Shown here: positions 1-9,084 of the stretch, one piece after another
How the letters are laid out: each line of letters begins with the position of its first letter
Numbering within the stretch: the first letter of the stretch is position 1
Assembly: GCA_002347025.1 (NCBI GenBank)
Contig: DEAE01000023.1
Coordinates: 174,254 to 238,253, forward strand
Direction of reading: 5' to 3'
DNA from: Acidobacteria bacterium UBA2990
GTDB taxonomy: Bacteria > Acidobacteriota > Vicinamibacteria > Vicinamibacterales > UBA8438
DNA: 64,000 nt
Translations under genes and position numbers: made by a program
Notes under the pieces: model-generated
Seen by the model: the letters and a program-made list of their open reading frames with translations, nothing else
Told to the model about the DNA's origin: nothing
The model's database searches: none

Positions 1-5
1 ATTCT

Positions 6-626
6 ATGTCTAGACACAGTCAAATCAAGATTACTTGGGTAGTGCTAGTAGCGTTGGTGGCGGTTACGGTGGCAGGGATTAGTGCCCAAACTGGAACGCC
101 GGATGGTCCCAAATACCAGAATGGGACGACACTGGTCCGTCCCAATGATTATCGAGAATGGCAGTTTTTGAGCTCAGGGTTAGGGATGACCTACGAGTCT
201 GAAGCGAGAGATTTCGCCGGAGCTGAAACGCGAACTCAACGTTTTCAGAACGTGTTCGTGAATCGCAGTTCTTATAGTTCATTCCTAGAAACAGGGACTT
301 GGCCCGATGGCACCATGTTTATCCTCGAAATTAGGGCGGCAGCTGGTGAGGTGTCGATTAACCGGGCTGGTCGATTTCAGGCAGAGTTGGTTAGCCTTGA
401 GGCTGAAGTAAAGGACTCACGGTTTCCTGACGGGTGGGCTTTTTTTGATTTTGGGAGAGCCGGAGCATTGCGGGATGTAGCGGAACCTCTGACGGGAGAA
501 AGAGTGGCCCGTTGTGTGACCTGTCATACCGACCACACGGCCGTTGAGCGGACATTTGTACAATTTTATCCAACCTTGTTAGAGGTTGCTCGAGACAAGG
601 GAACATTACGTCCAGGGTTTGACTGA
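6..626 (+). CDS. Cytochrome P460 family haem protein (exported)
   Basis: 206-aa ORF with a hydrophobic N-terminal signal (VVLVALVAVTVAGISAQ). Single C-terminal CxxCH haem-c motif (CVTCH) followed by FVQFYP. PNDYREW and DGWAFFDF blocks match the layout I recall for cytochrome P460 / c-prime-beta proteins. Confidence 0.7.
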   Translation: MSRHSQIKITWVVLVALVAVTVAGISAQTGTPDGPKYQNGTTLVRPNDYREWQFLSSGLGMTYESEARDFAGAETRTQRFQNVFVNRSSYSSFLETGTWPDGTMFILEIRAAAGEVSINRAGRFQAELVSLEAEVKDSRFPDGWAFFDFGRAGALRDVAEPLTGERVARCVTCHTDHTAVERTFVQFYPTLLEVARDKGTLRPGFD

Positions 627-681
627 ATTCTGGGGAAACTACTCAGGTCAGGCAAGTGAGGCCTTCCTAGTTCACCGGCTT

Positions 682-1596
682 TTAGACAAGCAAGGTCGGT
701 GTGAACGTGACATCGCCAGCGGCAGTGTCATTGGGACTGAGCACGAGCAATCCAGTATCGGTTCGGCCTTGGCTTGCGAGATTGAAGGCGTCAATGCAGT
801 TGGTGGCGGGTTCTGCGCAAAAAAAATCTTGATTCTCTGGTGTGTAAATGACGAGACAAGAGTAAATCGGGTCAGCTGTAACGTCGAGTTGAGCATGCCA
901 CTCGGGCCATTGAATGCGCAGGCGGCCGCCAAAGCTGATGAAGTTGTTGTCGAGGACTGTCACGTTAGGATTCAGGCCGTGAGCAGTGAAATTTAGGTCA
1001 GGAGGTGGAGCTATCAGAGAACCAGGAACCGCTGCTTGGTTCACCCGCCACATACGCTCAACCTCTGTCCACAGCCTAGCCTGTTTGGTGCGGATAAAGT
1101 AGGGGTGAAGCCCAAATCCGACTGGCATAGGTAATGAACTCTCGTTGGTTACCGCGAATCGTAGTCGGAGGTGGGTGTCGGTCAAAGTAAAGGTCTGCTG
1201 GGCTCGGTAGGGCCATGGCCAAGAACCGGTTGGGTGACTATAGTCTATGACGAGAGTGTCTTCTGACCGGGACACAATATTCCAAGGTTGCCGCCAGGCG
1301 TGGCCATGAATAGCGTGTGGCCCAGAACGAAACTCTTGGGATAGCTCGACCTGCTGCCCTCTGAAAGAAAACGTTCCATTTGTGACCCGGTTTGAAAACG
1401 GCACCATTGGAAAGCTTGACGTTGATCCAGGGTCCCGGTTTTCGACCGCTCCGGGAAGTGCCGGTCTTAACCAATCGAAGGTCGCTCCATCATGGGTTGA
1501 CGAGAAGCGCGTAATAGAGCCACCGGCTGCCGGAGATACCGCGAGTGTAGATCTGGCTGTCCTGAGCTCGATAGGGTCTGAGTGGGCCTGAGGCAT
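682..1596 (-). CDS. Aldose 1-epimerase (galactose mutarotase-like) family protein
   Basis: 304-aa ORF. Blocks FPMVPFSNR, HAIHGHAW and GFGLHPYF resemble aldose-1-epimerase fold signatures. Convergent with the P460 gene, 55 nt apart. Confidence 0.65.
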   Translation of the reverse strand: MPQAHSDPIELRTARSTLAVSPAAGGSITRFSSTHDGATFDWLRPALPGAVENRDPGSTSSFPMVPFSNRVTNGTFSFRGQQVELSQEFRSGPHAIHGHAWRQPWNIVSRSEDTLVIDYSHPTGSWPWPYRAQQTFTLTDTHLRLRFAVTNESSLPMPVGFGLHPYFIRTKQARLWTEVERMWRVNQAAVPGSLIAPPPDLNFTAHGLNPNVTVLDNNFISFGGRLRIQWPEWHAQLDVTADPIYSCLVIYTPENQDFFCAEPATNCIDAFNLASQGRTDTGLLVLSPNDTAAGDVTFTPTLLV

Positions 1597-1809
1597 CCGA
1601 CAAACTCCTAATTGTTGAAGTGATAACTTAGGGTGGGTCTGAATGTGTTCCCTGGTCTGACGAGACGGTGATGATATTCCAGTGCACTCAAACTGTTAGA
1701 CAGTGGTTGGGTTGACCTCTATTTCGAGCCTTCTTCTGACGGCGGAGGGCCCCTGAGAGGGCGTGCTTCCAGTGGCTCAACTCAGGGACCCGATCTTAGA
1801 CACGGTCAC

Positions 1810-2772
1810 TCAATCCATGTGATGAGTTGCAAGAAATGCACGAATGGTGTCATAGATTCGCAGGTTATCTGCTGCGCTGAATCCACCATGTCCTCCACCT
1901 GCAATTGTCATCAGTTCGTTTGGTACGCCCGCTGCCTCCAATGCGGCGTGAAGCCGAACGGCATGGTCGTGGGGCACGATGGAGTCCGCGTCTCCATGGA
2001 TGGTTAAGATGGGGGGCAGGTCTGACCGCACGTAGGTGAGCGGCGAGACGCGCTCGGCTACCACGCCTCGATCGAGGCTGCTTCCCAACCAGGCCTCGGT
2101 AAAGTTGCCTGAGGTCCCAGGTGGACCATGCATCAACCCTACAACATCAGTAATCCCGTACCAGTTGATGATTGCCGCAACTTTCAGTTCTTCGGTAGAG
2201 GTATTGCCAGTGGACCAAGATCGTCGCCGGTCTCCAGGACACTGCCGGTCCAGTCCTGCAGATGCCGTGACCATGCCAGTGGTGAGCGAAAGGTGTCCGC
2301 CAGCCGAATTCCCAGAGACTACGATCCGGTTAACGTCGAAGTTATATTGCTCGGCGTTACGGTAGACCCAGCGGAGAGCGCAGCGGCAATCTTCGACGGC
2401 GGCTGGCGCATGGGCTACGTCGGCCATTCTGTATTCAACATTGACGACAGACCATCCCATTTCAAGATAGGGAAGGATGCTGAGGGCAGAGCTTTCCTTG
2501 CTCCCGTTGGTCCAGCCTCCTCCATGGATGTACACGAGGGTCGGCTTAGTATCATTACCGCCTCGAGCTTGGTAGACGTCAAGCTTTAGGTCGAGGCCAC
2601 CCGCTCTGAGATACGTGATGTTGGGCACTAGGCGGTAACCGGTAGCTACTTGGACAAATCTGGTTGCGCTGTCAGACGTTTGTGCGGCAGTGACTCCTGG
2701 AGTGGCCAGACTCAAAAGGGTAGCCACAGCAACGCCGGTGGTGTAGGTTCGTCTTATTTGCATCGCGTTCAC
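1810..2772 (-). CDS. Alpha/beta-hydrolase esterase/lipase (HGGG type), exported
   Basis: 320-aa ORF (GTG 2772 or ATG 2763). Signal-like N-terminus ending TAAQ. Oxyanion motif IHGGGW, nucleophile elbow GNSAGG (GxSxG), and a C-terminal HGDADSIVP block with a downstream His. Confidence 0.75.
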   Translation of the reverse strand: MNAMQIRRTYTTGVAVATLLSLATPGVTAAQTSDSATRFVQVATGYRLVPNITYLRAGGLDLKLDVYQARGGNDTKPTLVYIHGGGWTNGSKESSALSILPYLEMGWSVVNVEYRMADVAHAPAAVEDCRCALRWVYRNAEQYNFDVNRIVVSGNSAGGHLSLTTGMVTASAGLDRQCPGDRRRSWSTGNTSTEELKVAAIINWYGITDVVGLMHGPPGTSGNFTEAWLGSSLDRGVVAERVSPLTYVRSDLPPILTIHGDADSIVPHDHAVRLHAALEAAGVPNELMTIAGGGHGGFSAADNLRIYDTIRAFLATHHMD

Positions 2773-2823
2773 CTCTGCTCGGGGGTGTGATGCCCCAAGC
2801 TTATCCTGTGTTCTGATGGGTTC

Positions 2824-3321
2824 TTACTGAATTTGGTTGGCAGCCGCGTCGATGCCGGCTTGAGCGCAAATGGCATCGTTGGCTCCTGTGTCTCCGCTGA
2901 CTCCAATCCCTCCTAGATGCTGGCCGGCTGGAGTAAGGATTGGCAATCCCCCCTCAAAAAAATTCAACCCCGGAACAAAAGCAGCAGCTCCTGGTCCGTT
3001 GCCGAAGGCCATTTCACCCCACTGCTGGGTTGATCGAGGACTGGTGGCAGATGTACGGGCCTTAGCCATTGCCACATCACGAGACAAGAGTTGAGCGTCG
3101 TCCATTCGGTGGTAGGCCTTCAGGTTTCCATGGTTGTCCATGATGGCAATATGCATGAGCCAGCCCTCAGCAGCGGCTTTAGAAAGGCATCCATGAACCA
3201 TGGTCATCGCCGCAGAGGAACTGAGGATTGGTCGGGTTTCTATCTGGGCCGAAGCTGAAGTGGATAAGCTTAACGCTAAAGCAAAGAAGCAAATAGTGGC
3301 GAGGTGAGCAGGCAAACGCAT
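2824..3321 (-). CDS. GlcG/HbpS-like (DUF336) haem-binding family protein, exported
   Basis: 165-aa ORF with signal peptide (ALALSLSTSASAQ). The pattern GGLPI...GGIGVSG...NDAICA is typical of the GlcG/DUF336 family. Confidence 0.65.
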   Translation of the reverse strand: MRLPAHLATICFFALALSLSTSASAQIETRPILSSSAAMTMVHGCLSKAAAEGWLMHIAIMDNHGNLKAYHRMDDAQLLSRDVAMAKARTSATSPRSTQQWGEMAFGNGPGAAAFVPGLNFFEGGLPILTPAGQHLGGIGVSGDTGANDAICAQAGIDAAANQIQ

Positions 3322-3488
3322 AAGGTTAGGACCTCCAAAAGATGTGGTTTAGATAAAACAAGGTGTCGAATGGTAGCCTCGACACCACATGAGGTCAGTA
3401 TACTCGGGTCTGGCGGTAGGTACAAACAAACTCAGGCAACGACTGTAAGACCCAAGGAATGCCAGGGTTGGAATGCCCAAAGCTAGAG

Positions 3489-4445
3489 ATGACTCAGTCT
3501 ATGAATGTTGTCTTTCACTACGAGGCCGGGCCGGGCCTTGAAGCCCAATTGACACGTCTTGAAGCTAAGGGCTTGAAGGTATCGGTGTGCCCGGAGGCTG
3601 ACCACACCCGTTTTGGGGAATTGATGGTAGAAGCGGAGGTTCTGTGGCACCTGCTCGAGCCACTCACTGCGAAGATGATAGCAGCCGCTCCAAAACTACG
3701 CTTGATTCAAAAGATTGGCGTCGGAGTGAATACCATTGATCTTGAGGCGGCCAAGCATCGAGGTATCCCAGTGTGTAATATGCCCGGTACGAACAGTCAG
3801 GCTGTAGCTGAGATGACCTTATTGTTAATGTTGGCGACATTGCGGCGCCTTACTCAGCTCGATGGCGCAACGAGGTCAGGAAAGGGTTGGGCCTTACCCG
3901 CGGCCTGGCAGGATCACTACGGAGAGCTGGCAGGTCGAACGGTAGGTTTGATTGGGTATGGTGCTGTGCCATCTCGACTAGCACCGGTGCTGAAGGCTAT
4001 GGGAGCATCTGTGATCTACGCAAGCCGGACGGCGAAGTCCCAAGCGGTAGGGGAGCGCCGGTCATTGGAGGAATTACTGACAGAAAGCGATCTTGTCTCC
4101 CTGCATGTTCCTCTGACTGCAGGTACGGAAAAGCTTATTAACGCCAAGACCCTTGGCATGATGAAGACTGGAGCGATCATCATCAATTCAGCCAGGGGGG
4201 GTCTTATTGATGAGAAGGCTCTGTGCCATGCGCTCACAGTGGGCCGGGTCGGTGCTGCGGGCCTAGATGTTTTTCCTAAGGAACCGGTGCCAGGGAGTAG
4301 TCCTTTGTTTCAGTTTGAAAATGTTGTTTTAGCTCCCCATGTGGCTTGGTTGACGAACGAGACGATGGAGAGGAGTATCGGTCTAGCTGTGGAGAATTGC
4401 CGTCGTCTGGTTTCTGGAGGTCCACTCTTGCACCAAGTGGTTTAG
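3489..4445 (+). CDS. D-isomer-specific 2-hydroxyacid dehydrogenase, NAD-binding
   Basis: ORF track gives 3459..4445. I prefer ATG 3489 (MTQSMNVVF). Contains GxGxxG (GLIGYGAVPS), ARGGLIDE and the catalytic His block PHVAW. Confidence 0.8.
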   Translation: MTQSMNVVFHYEAGPGLEAQLTRLEAKGLKVSVCPEADHTRFGELMVEAEVLWHLLEPLTAKMIAAAPKLRLIQKIGVGVNTIDLEAAKHRGIPVCNMPGTNSQAVAEMTLLLMLATLRRLTQLDGATRSGKGWALPAAWQDHYGELAGRTVGLIGYGAVPSRLAPVLKAMGASVIYASRTAKSQAVGERRSLEELLTESDLVSLHVPLTAGTEKLINAKTLGMMKTGAIIINSARGGLIDEKALCHALTVGRVGAAGLDVFPKEPVPGSSPLFQFENVVLAPHVAWLTNETMERSIGLAVENCRRLVSGGPLLHQVV

Positions 4446-4493
4446 GAGCAGGAACTCTGAAATGGCGCGGCGAACCTGCTAAGGAGACAACTG

Positions 4494-5981
4494 TTGTCTG
4501 CAACTAACGTGATAGCGCAACAATTGGGTAACGGTGACTTACTACGTGATAAGTGTTTCATCGGTGGAAAATGGCGACCTTCTCGTAGCGGCAAGATGTT
4601 TCGTGTGGATAATCCGGCGACTGGGGATCAGGTAGGAGAGGTCCCGGACTGTGGTCCAGAAGATGTTCAGGAAGCGATTGAAGTAGCGGGCCGGGCCTTT
4701 CGCGAGTGGCGGGAGCGACCGGCCACAGATCGTGCGGAAGTGCTGCGTACCTGGGCTCGCCTGATGCATGAATGCCAGGGCGATCTTGCCAGATTGATGA
4801 CCCTAGAACAGGGAAAGCCTCTTCAGGAAGCGATGGGAGAGGTGAGCTATGCAGCTCAATTTATCGAGTGGTTCGCCGAGGAAGGTAAACGAGCCTATGG
4901 TGACGTCATTCCAGCGCCGGTGCGTGGTCAACACATCGTTGTGTTGCGGCAGCCGATCGGTGTTACGGCAGCGATCACGCCCTGGAATTTCCCAGCTGCA
5001 ATGATCACGAGGAAGGCGGGTGCAGCGATCGCCTGTGGTTGTCCGATGATTGTTAAGCCAGCTGAGGCGACACCGCTTACGGCCCTAGCCCTTGCCCGAC
5101 TTGGGGAACTCGCCGGACTGCCGGAAGGGGTACTTAGTGTCGTGACGGCACTGAAGCCGGAGCCTATTGGGCGGGCACTTACCGATAGTCCAGTTGTCCG
5201 AGCTCTAAGCTTTACCGGATCCACGGAGGTTGGGCGAAAGTTGATGGCTCAATGTGCCACACACCTGGCAAAAGTATCCTTAGAGCTTGGTGGAAACGCT
5301 CCCTTTATTGTCTTCGAGGATGCGGACCTTGATGCGGCAGTGACTGGTGCGATGGCATCGAAATTTCGAAACACGGGACAGACTTGTGTTTGTGTTAACC
5401 GTTTCTTGGTGCAGGAGAAGGTCCATGATGCCTTTGTCGAACAGTTGCGCGAAGCCATGGCGGTGTTGACAGTGGGGAACGGGTTGGACGAAGGAGTGCA
5501 GCAGGCGGCCCTTATAGATCGTAACGCGCTTATGAAGGTGCAAGCACATGTGTCGGATGCATTGGCCGGTGGAGCGACCGTGGAACTTGGCGGTAAGGTG
5601 CACGAACTCGGTGGGACCTATTTCCAGCCAACGTTACTTACGGGAGTGAAGCCCAGCATGCAGTGTGTCAGGGAAGAAACTTTTGGTCCAGTGTCGGCGG
5701 TTATGAAGTTTGCTACTGAGGCTGAGGCGATACGTATTGCGAACGATAGCGAATACGGACTGGCCGCCTATTTCTATAGTCGTGATCTTCATAGGGTGTG
5801 GCGCGTGGCCGAACAACTCGAGACTGGAATTGTCGGAGTGAACGAGGGCATCATCTCGACTCCTGTGGCTCCCTTTGGTGGGGTTAAGGCTTCCGGAATC
5901 GGGCGAGAAGGTTCGCGGTATGGTCTTGATGAGTATCTGGAGCTCAAATACTTGTGCATGGGAGGGGCTCAAGGTGGTTAG
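4494..5981 (+). CDS. gabD: NAD(P)+-dependent succinate-semialdehyde dehydrogenase / aldehyde dehydrogenase
   Basis: 495-aa ORF. TTG start at 4494 with AGGAG at 4482-4486. ALDH blocks ITPWNFP, ELGGNAP (catalytic Glu) and GQTCVCVNR (catalytic Cys). The N-terminal FIGGKW...NPATG is typical of GabD-type enzymes. Confidence 0.8.
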   Translation: MSATNVIAQQLGNGDLLRDKCFIGGKWRPSRSGKMFRVDNPATGDQVGEVPDCGPEDVQEAIEVAGRAFREWRERPATDRAEVLRTWARLMHECQGDLARLMTLEQGKPLQEAMGEVSYAAQFIEWFAEEGKRAYGDVIPAPVRGQHIVVLRQPIGVTAAITPWNFPAAMITRKAGAAIACGCPMIVKPAEATPLTALALARLGELAGLPEGVLSVVTALKPEPIGRALTDSPVVRALSFTGSTEVGRKLMAQCATHLAKVSLELGGNAPFIVFEDADLDAAVTGAMASKFRNTGQTCVCVNRFLVQEKVHDAFVEQLREAMAVLTVGNGLDEGVQQAALIDRNALMKVQAHVSDALAGGATVELGGKVHELGGTYFQPTLLTGVKPSMQCVREETFGPVSAVMKFATEAEAIRIANDSEYGLAAYFYSRDLHRVWRVAEQLETGIVGVNEGIISTPVAPFGGVKASGIGREGSRYGLDEYLELKYLCMGGAQGG

Positions 5982-6060
5982 GAGGCTATAGCGTGTTTCA
6001 ACTAGGTGGGGTGGCAGGCTTGGCCAGTGAGTGGGTATTGACGTCAGGTAGAACCAAAAG

Positions 6061-6351
6061 ATGATCGGTGCTGGTGAAATAGTAATTGTCGCGCTCATAG
6101 TTGTCCTGATTGTTATGGCAGGGCGTCGGGGTAATCGACCTACAGGGGAACCAGTTATCGTGGTGGGTTCTCCAAAAAAAGGTCTGCCCCAATCGGTGGT
6201 GACCGGTGGTGGCGCTGTATTGGCCGCGTTGGGTGTGGCCATTACCGCTGAGTTACAGGAATGGCCACCATACATGGGAGCGTTAGCGGCTGGGGTTGCA
6301 GCGGGGCTCGTTGCAACTTGGTTGGCTAGTCGTAATTCTGAGGGTCGCTAA
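6061..6351 (+). CDS. Hypothetical small membrane protein
   Basis: 96-aa ORF in the 380-nt gap between gabD and the RNA methyltransferase. Three hydrophobic stretches (IVIVALIVVLIVMA, GAVLAALGVAITA, LAAGVAAGLVATWLA). No family recognised and the RBS is weak. Confidence 0.35.
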   Translation: MIGAGEIVIVALIVVLIVMAGRRGNRPTGEPVIVVGSPKKGLPQSVVTGGGAVLAALGVAITAELQEWPPYMGALAAGVAAGLVATWLASRNSEGR

Positions 6352-6361
6352 GGGTTGTCGT

Positions 6362-7183
6362 TTAGCCAGATTTTGATGTGGCTTGTGACACGCTGTACAG
6401 GGCAATCCCTACCGTTGTGGCCACATTTAGGGAGTCGATGTCTGGAGCGATCGGGATGTGGACGAGTCGATTGACAAGGTCCGCTGCGGCGTCGCTGAGG
6501 CCGGTACCTTCAGTGCCGAGTATGAGGGCTATCCGGGGGGGAAGGGCCTTAATTAAGGCGCCGAGGCGCTGAGATCCGGAATCAGGTGTTAGGGCTACAG
6601 TAGTGAAGCCGAGTTCTTGGAGTCTTATTAGGCCGCCAGGCCAATCGTGTATCAGTGCATAGGGAATGCGGAGGGTCGCCCCGAGGGAGGTTCTAATCGC
6701 TTTGCGGTAAAGCGGATCCGAGCAGTGTGGGCTAAGCAAGATACATTCGGCCCCAAAGGCTGCTGCGTTCCGAAAAATGCTACCTATGTTGTCTGGATTC
6801 GCGACTTGCTCAAGGACTACCACAAGGCCAGCTGAACGAAGCAGACCAAGCTCCCTGTCGGTTGTCTCATGGGGTCGCTGACCAAGAGCAAGGCAGCCTC
6901 GATGGACATGGAAACCCAGTAGGTTTTGTAGGAGTTGTGGTGAGGCGATATAGATGGGGAACTCATCTAGGCGGTCCTGCAGAAGGTCAGAGAGGCTGTC
7001 GAAGGCCGCTCGGGTCGCTAGAACTGACCGCGTTTGGAGGGTCTGGTGGGTTAGTAGGGTTCTCACCACCAGTCGGCTTTCCGCAACGAATATCCCACGC
7101 TGACGGAGCAAAACTGGGTCCGGAACAGTGTGATAGTCGCCCAATCGTGGGTCCTGAGGATCGTTGACGGGGATAACTGGCAT
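6362..7183 (-). CDS. SpoU/TrmH family RNA 2'-O-methyltransferase
   Basis: ORF track gives 6362..7249. ATG 7183 (MPVIPVND) removes the overlap with the divergent aminotransferase. SpoU blocks NPDNIGSIFRNAAAFG, LILGTEGTGLS and IPI..DIDSLNVA. Confidence 0.8.
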   Translation of the reverse strand: MPVIPVNDPQDPRLGDYHTVPDPVLLRQRGIFVAESRLVVRTLLTHQTLQTRSVLATRAAFDSLSDLLQDRLDEFPIYIASPQLLQNLLGFHVHRGCLALGQRPHETTDRELGLLRSAGLVVVLEQVANPDNIGSIFRNAAAFGAECILLSPHCSDPLYRKAIRTSLGATLRIPYALIHDWPGGLIRLQELGFTTVALTPDSGSQRLGALIKALPPRIALILGTEGTGLSDAAADLVNRLVHIPIAPDIDSLNVATTVGIALYSVSQATSKSG

Positions 7184-7225
7184 TGTGAAACTTGTTATTG
7201 TTTCAGACTGGATAGGATACCTCTG

Positions 7226-8392
7226 ATGGCTGTCTCCTGGTCGACACATTTAGACACGGTTAAGCCGTTTTTGGCGATGGAGGTGATGGAACGTGGCATG
7301 GCGATGTCTCGTGCTGGGGCAGAGGTTGTGCAACTGGGGGTCGGCGAACCTGGGTTTCCACCTCCGCCGGAGGTCGTCCGTGCCGTTACGTCTGCCCTAG
7401 AACAAGGCCACACCCACTATACAGACAGTAGGGGGCTTTATGAGCTGCGTGAGGCGATTTCGAAGGATTGTCTGCATCGCAGAGGAGTTCATGTTAGCCC
7501 AGACCAGATTGTTGTTACCAACGGGTCGTCTCCAGCGCTGTTCTTGGCGATCAATTTGTTGGTGGACCCAGGTGACGAGATTATCATCCTGACACCCCAT
7601 TATCCCTGCTACCCAAATCTTGTTGCGGTCTGTGGAGGAGTCCCGGTCTTTGTGCCGACTTCCCCTGGCGACGGATATCTGGCCGATGTGGCAGGGGTAA
7701 AACGGGCGGTTACGAACCGAACAAAAGGGATTTTAATTGCTTCGCCAGCAAATCCTACCGGGGCTGTGCAGCCACCTGAAGTAATGGAGGCCCTGGTCCA
7801 GCTCGGCGTTCCGGTGCTGGCTGATGAAGTCTATGATGGCCTACTTTATGATCAAGCCGTGAATACCTCTCCATTGGCTTTTTCAGAGGAATGTTTTGTT
7901 TTCGATGGGTTTTCGAAACGGTATGCCATGACCGGTTTTCGACTGGGGTATGTCATCGCCCCGAGTACCGCCATTCGGCGATTAGTCTCCCTCCAACAGA
8001 ATTTGTTTATCTCGGCTGGTCACTTTGTTCAAACAGCGGCATTGGCTGCTCTGGTGCATGGTAGGGCTCATCTGGAGATGATGGTTGGTGAGTACGCCCA
8101 GCGGAGGGCGCGGCTGGTTGCAGGGGTTCGGAACCTGGGGCTCTCAGTACCGGTCAAGCCGTTAGGAGCTTTCTATGTACTGGCCGACGCGAGGCATTTG
8201 GGTCAAGACTCTCTGGCGTTGGCGTTCGAGATCCTCGAGCGGGCCCATGTTGCACTAGGGCCAGGTCGAGACTTTGGGGAAATTGCTGAAGGCTTCTTGA
8301 GGTTTTCTTTTGCTGCACCGGTAGATGCTATAGACCGCGCAATGGAGCAGTTACATAAGGCATGGCCATCGATCAGCCGAATGTCTAAATAG
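7226..8392 (+). CDS. Class I/II (fold-type I) PLP-dependent aminotransferase
   Basis: ORF track gives 7130..8392. I prefer ATG 7226 (MAVSW). Blocks NGSSPAL, ASPANPTG, PLP-lysine block FSKRYAMTGFRLGY, and C-terminal LRFSFA. Confidence 0.8.
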   Translation: MAVSWSTHLDTVKPFLAMEVMERGMAMSRAGAEVVQLGVGEPGFPPPPEVVRAVTSALEQGHTHYTDSRGLYELREAISKDCLHRRGVHVSPDQIVVTNGSSPALFLAINLLVDPGDEIIILTPHYPCYPNLVAVCGGVPVFVPTSPGDGYLADVAGVKRAVTNRTKGILIASPANPTGAVQPPEVMEALVQLGVPVLADEVYDGLLYDQAVNTSPLAFSEECFVFDGFSKRYAMTGFRLGYVIAPSTAIRRLVSLQQNLFISAGHFVQTAALAALVHGRAHLEMMVGEYAQRRARLVAGVRNLGLSVPVKPLGAFYVLADARHLGQDSLALAFEILERAHVALGPGRDFGEIAEGFLRFSFAAPVDAIDRAMEQLHKAWPSISRMSK

Positions 8393-8414
8393 GTGGTGAT
8401 CACCTTGGGAGGGC

Positions 8415-9074
8415 ATGGACATGGTGCAGACATTGAATTTAGGGCGTCGAATCGAACTGCACTCGATGGACGCACATTGTCAAGGTGTGTCGTTAGCACT
8501 GTATAGGTGGGAGGTGGAAGGCCGACCGAGGTTTCTGGTCCACACTTATAGCTCGGTGCAAGGGGCCAGGGAGCGTGTCGAGTTTATCCAGGAAGCCCTC
8601 CAGGTCACTCTTGGAATGCAAACCACCGATGCTCCGGCAGAGGCAGAAAGGATGAGCCCGCAAAGTTGGCTTCAATTTCCCTGTCGTTCGGATCATCTGA
8701 GGGCTTTGAAGCGCTCTTTTCTCGATGTGTGCAAGTTGGAGACGGGTGCCCCCTTGGTGGCTAAGCCTTTAACCGTATTTGATAAGAAGGCTGACGGTGA
8801 GATAGAAGCATTGAGCCGTGGCTCCGGTCTCTATGAGATCCGAACTGTAGGCGGGGTTGTGTCAAGGAGGACAACAGTAATCGCTCAGGGTTTTGCGAAG
8901 CTCTGTGAGATGAAGATCATTGAGGATGATCACCAAGTGGTTTTTCCCTGTAAGACGTCCCACGACGCGATGGTTGGGATGTTGATGTTTCGGGCACAGA
9001 ATGTTCGAGGAACGGTGAAAGAAGAGGAGATGTCGGCAACCCGTGGCGTCCTGTCTGCCCCGAGCCAGCAGTGA
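8415..9074 (+). CDS. Hypothetical protein, internally duplicated, FPCxxxH motif x2 (unrecognised family)
   Basis: 219-aa ORF (ATG 8415 or 8421; GGGAGGG at 8406-8412). It starts 22 nt after the aminotransferase stop and ends 10 nt before the next gene. The two halves align by eye: LYRWEVEG...QFPCRSDH versus LYEIRTVGG...VFPCKTSH. Confidence 0.6.
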   Translation: MDMVQTLNLGRRIELHSMDAHCQGVSLALYRWEVEGRPRFLVHTYSSVQGARERVEFIQEALQVTLGMQTTDAPAEAERMSPQSWLQFPCRSDHLRALKRSFLDVCKLETGAPLVAKPLTVFDKKADGEIEALSRGSGLYEIRTVGGVVSRRTTVIAQGFAKLCEMKIIEDDHQVVFPCKTSHDAMVGMLMFRAQNVRGTVKEEEMSATRGVLSAPSQQ

Positions 9075-9084
9075 CGGGTGCTCT

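Noticed and set aside
5634-6275. 213-aa ORF on the minus strand overlapping the 3' end of gabD and the small membrane ORF
   Set aside because: It is antisense to a strongly supported ALDH gene. The translation is Pro/Thr/Ser-rich with no recognisable motifs. This is a typical shadow ORF.
7130-7249. Apparent 120-nt overlap of the divergent SpoU methyltransferase and aminotransferase maximum ORFs
   Set aside because: Both proteins have internal ATG starts (7183 and 7226) after which the recognisable domains begin. The overlap is an artefact of taking the longest ORF.
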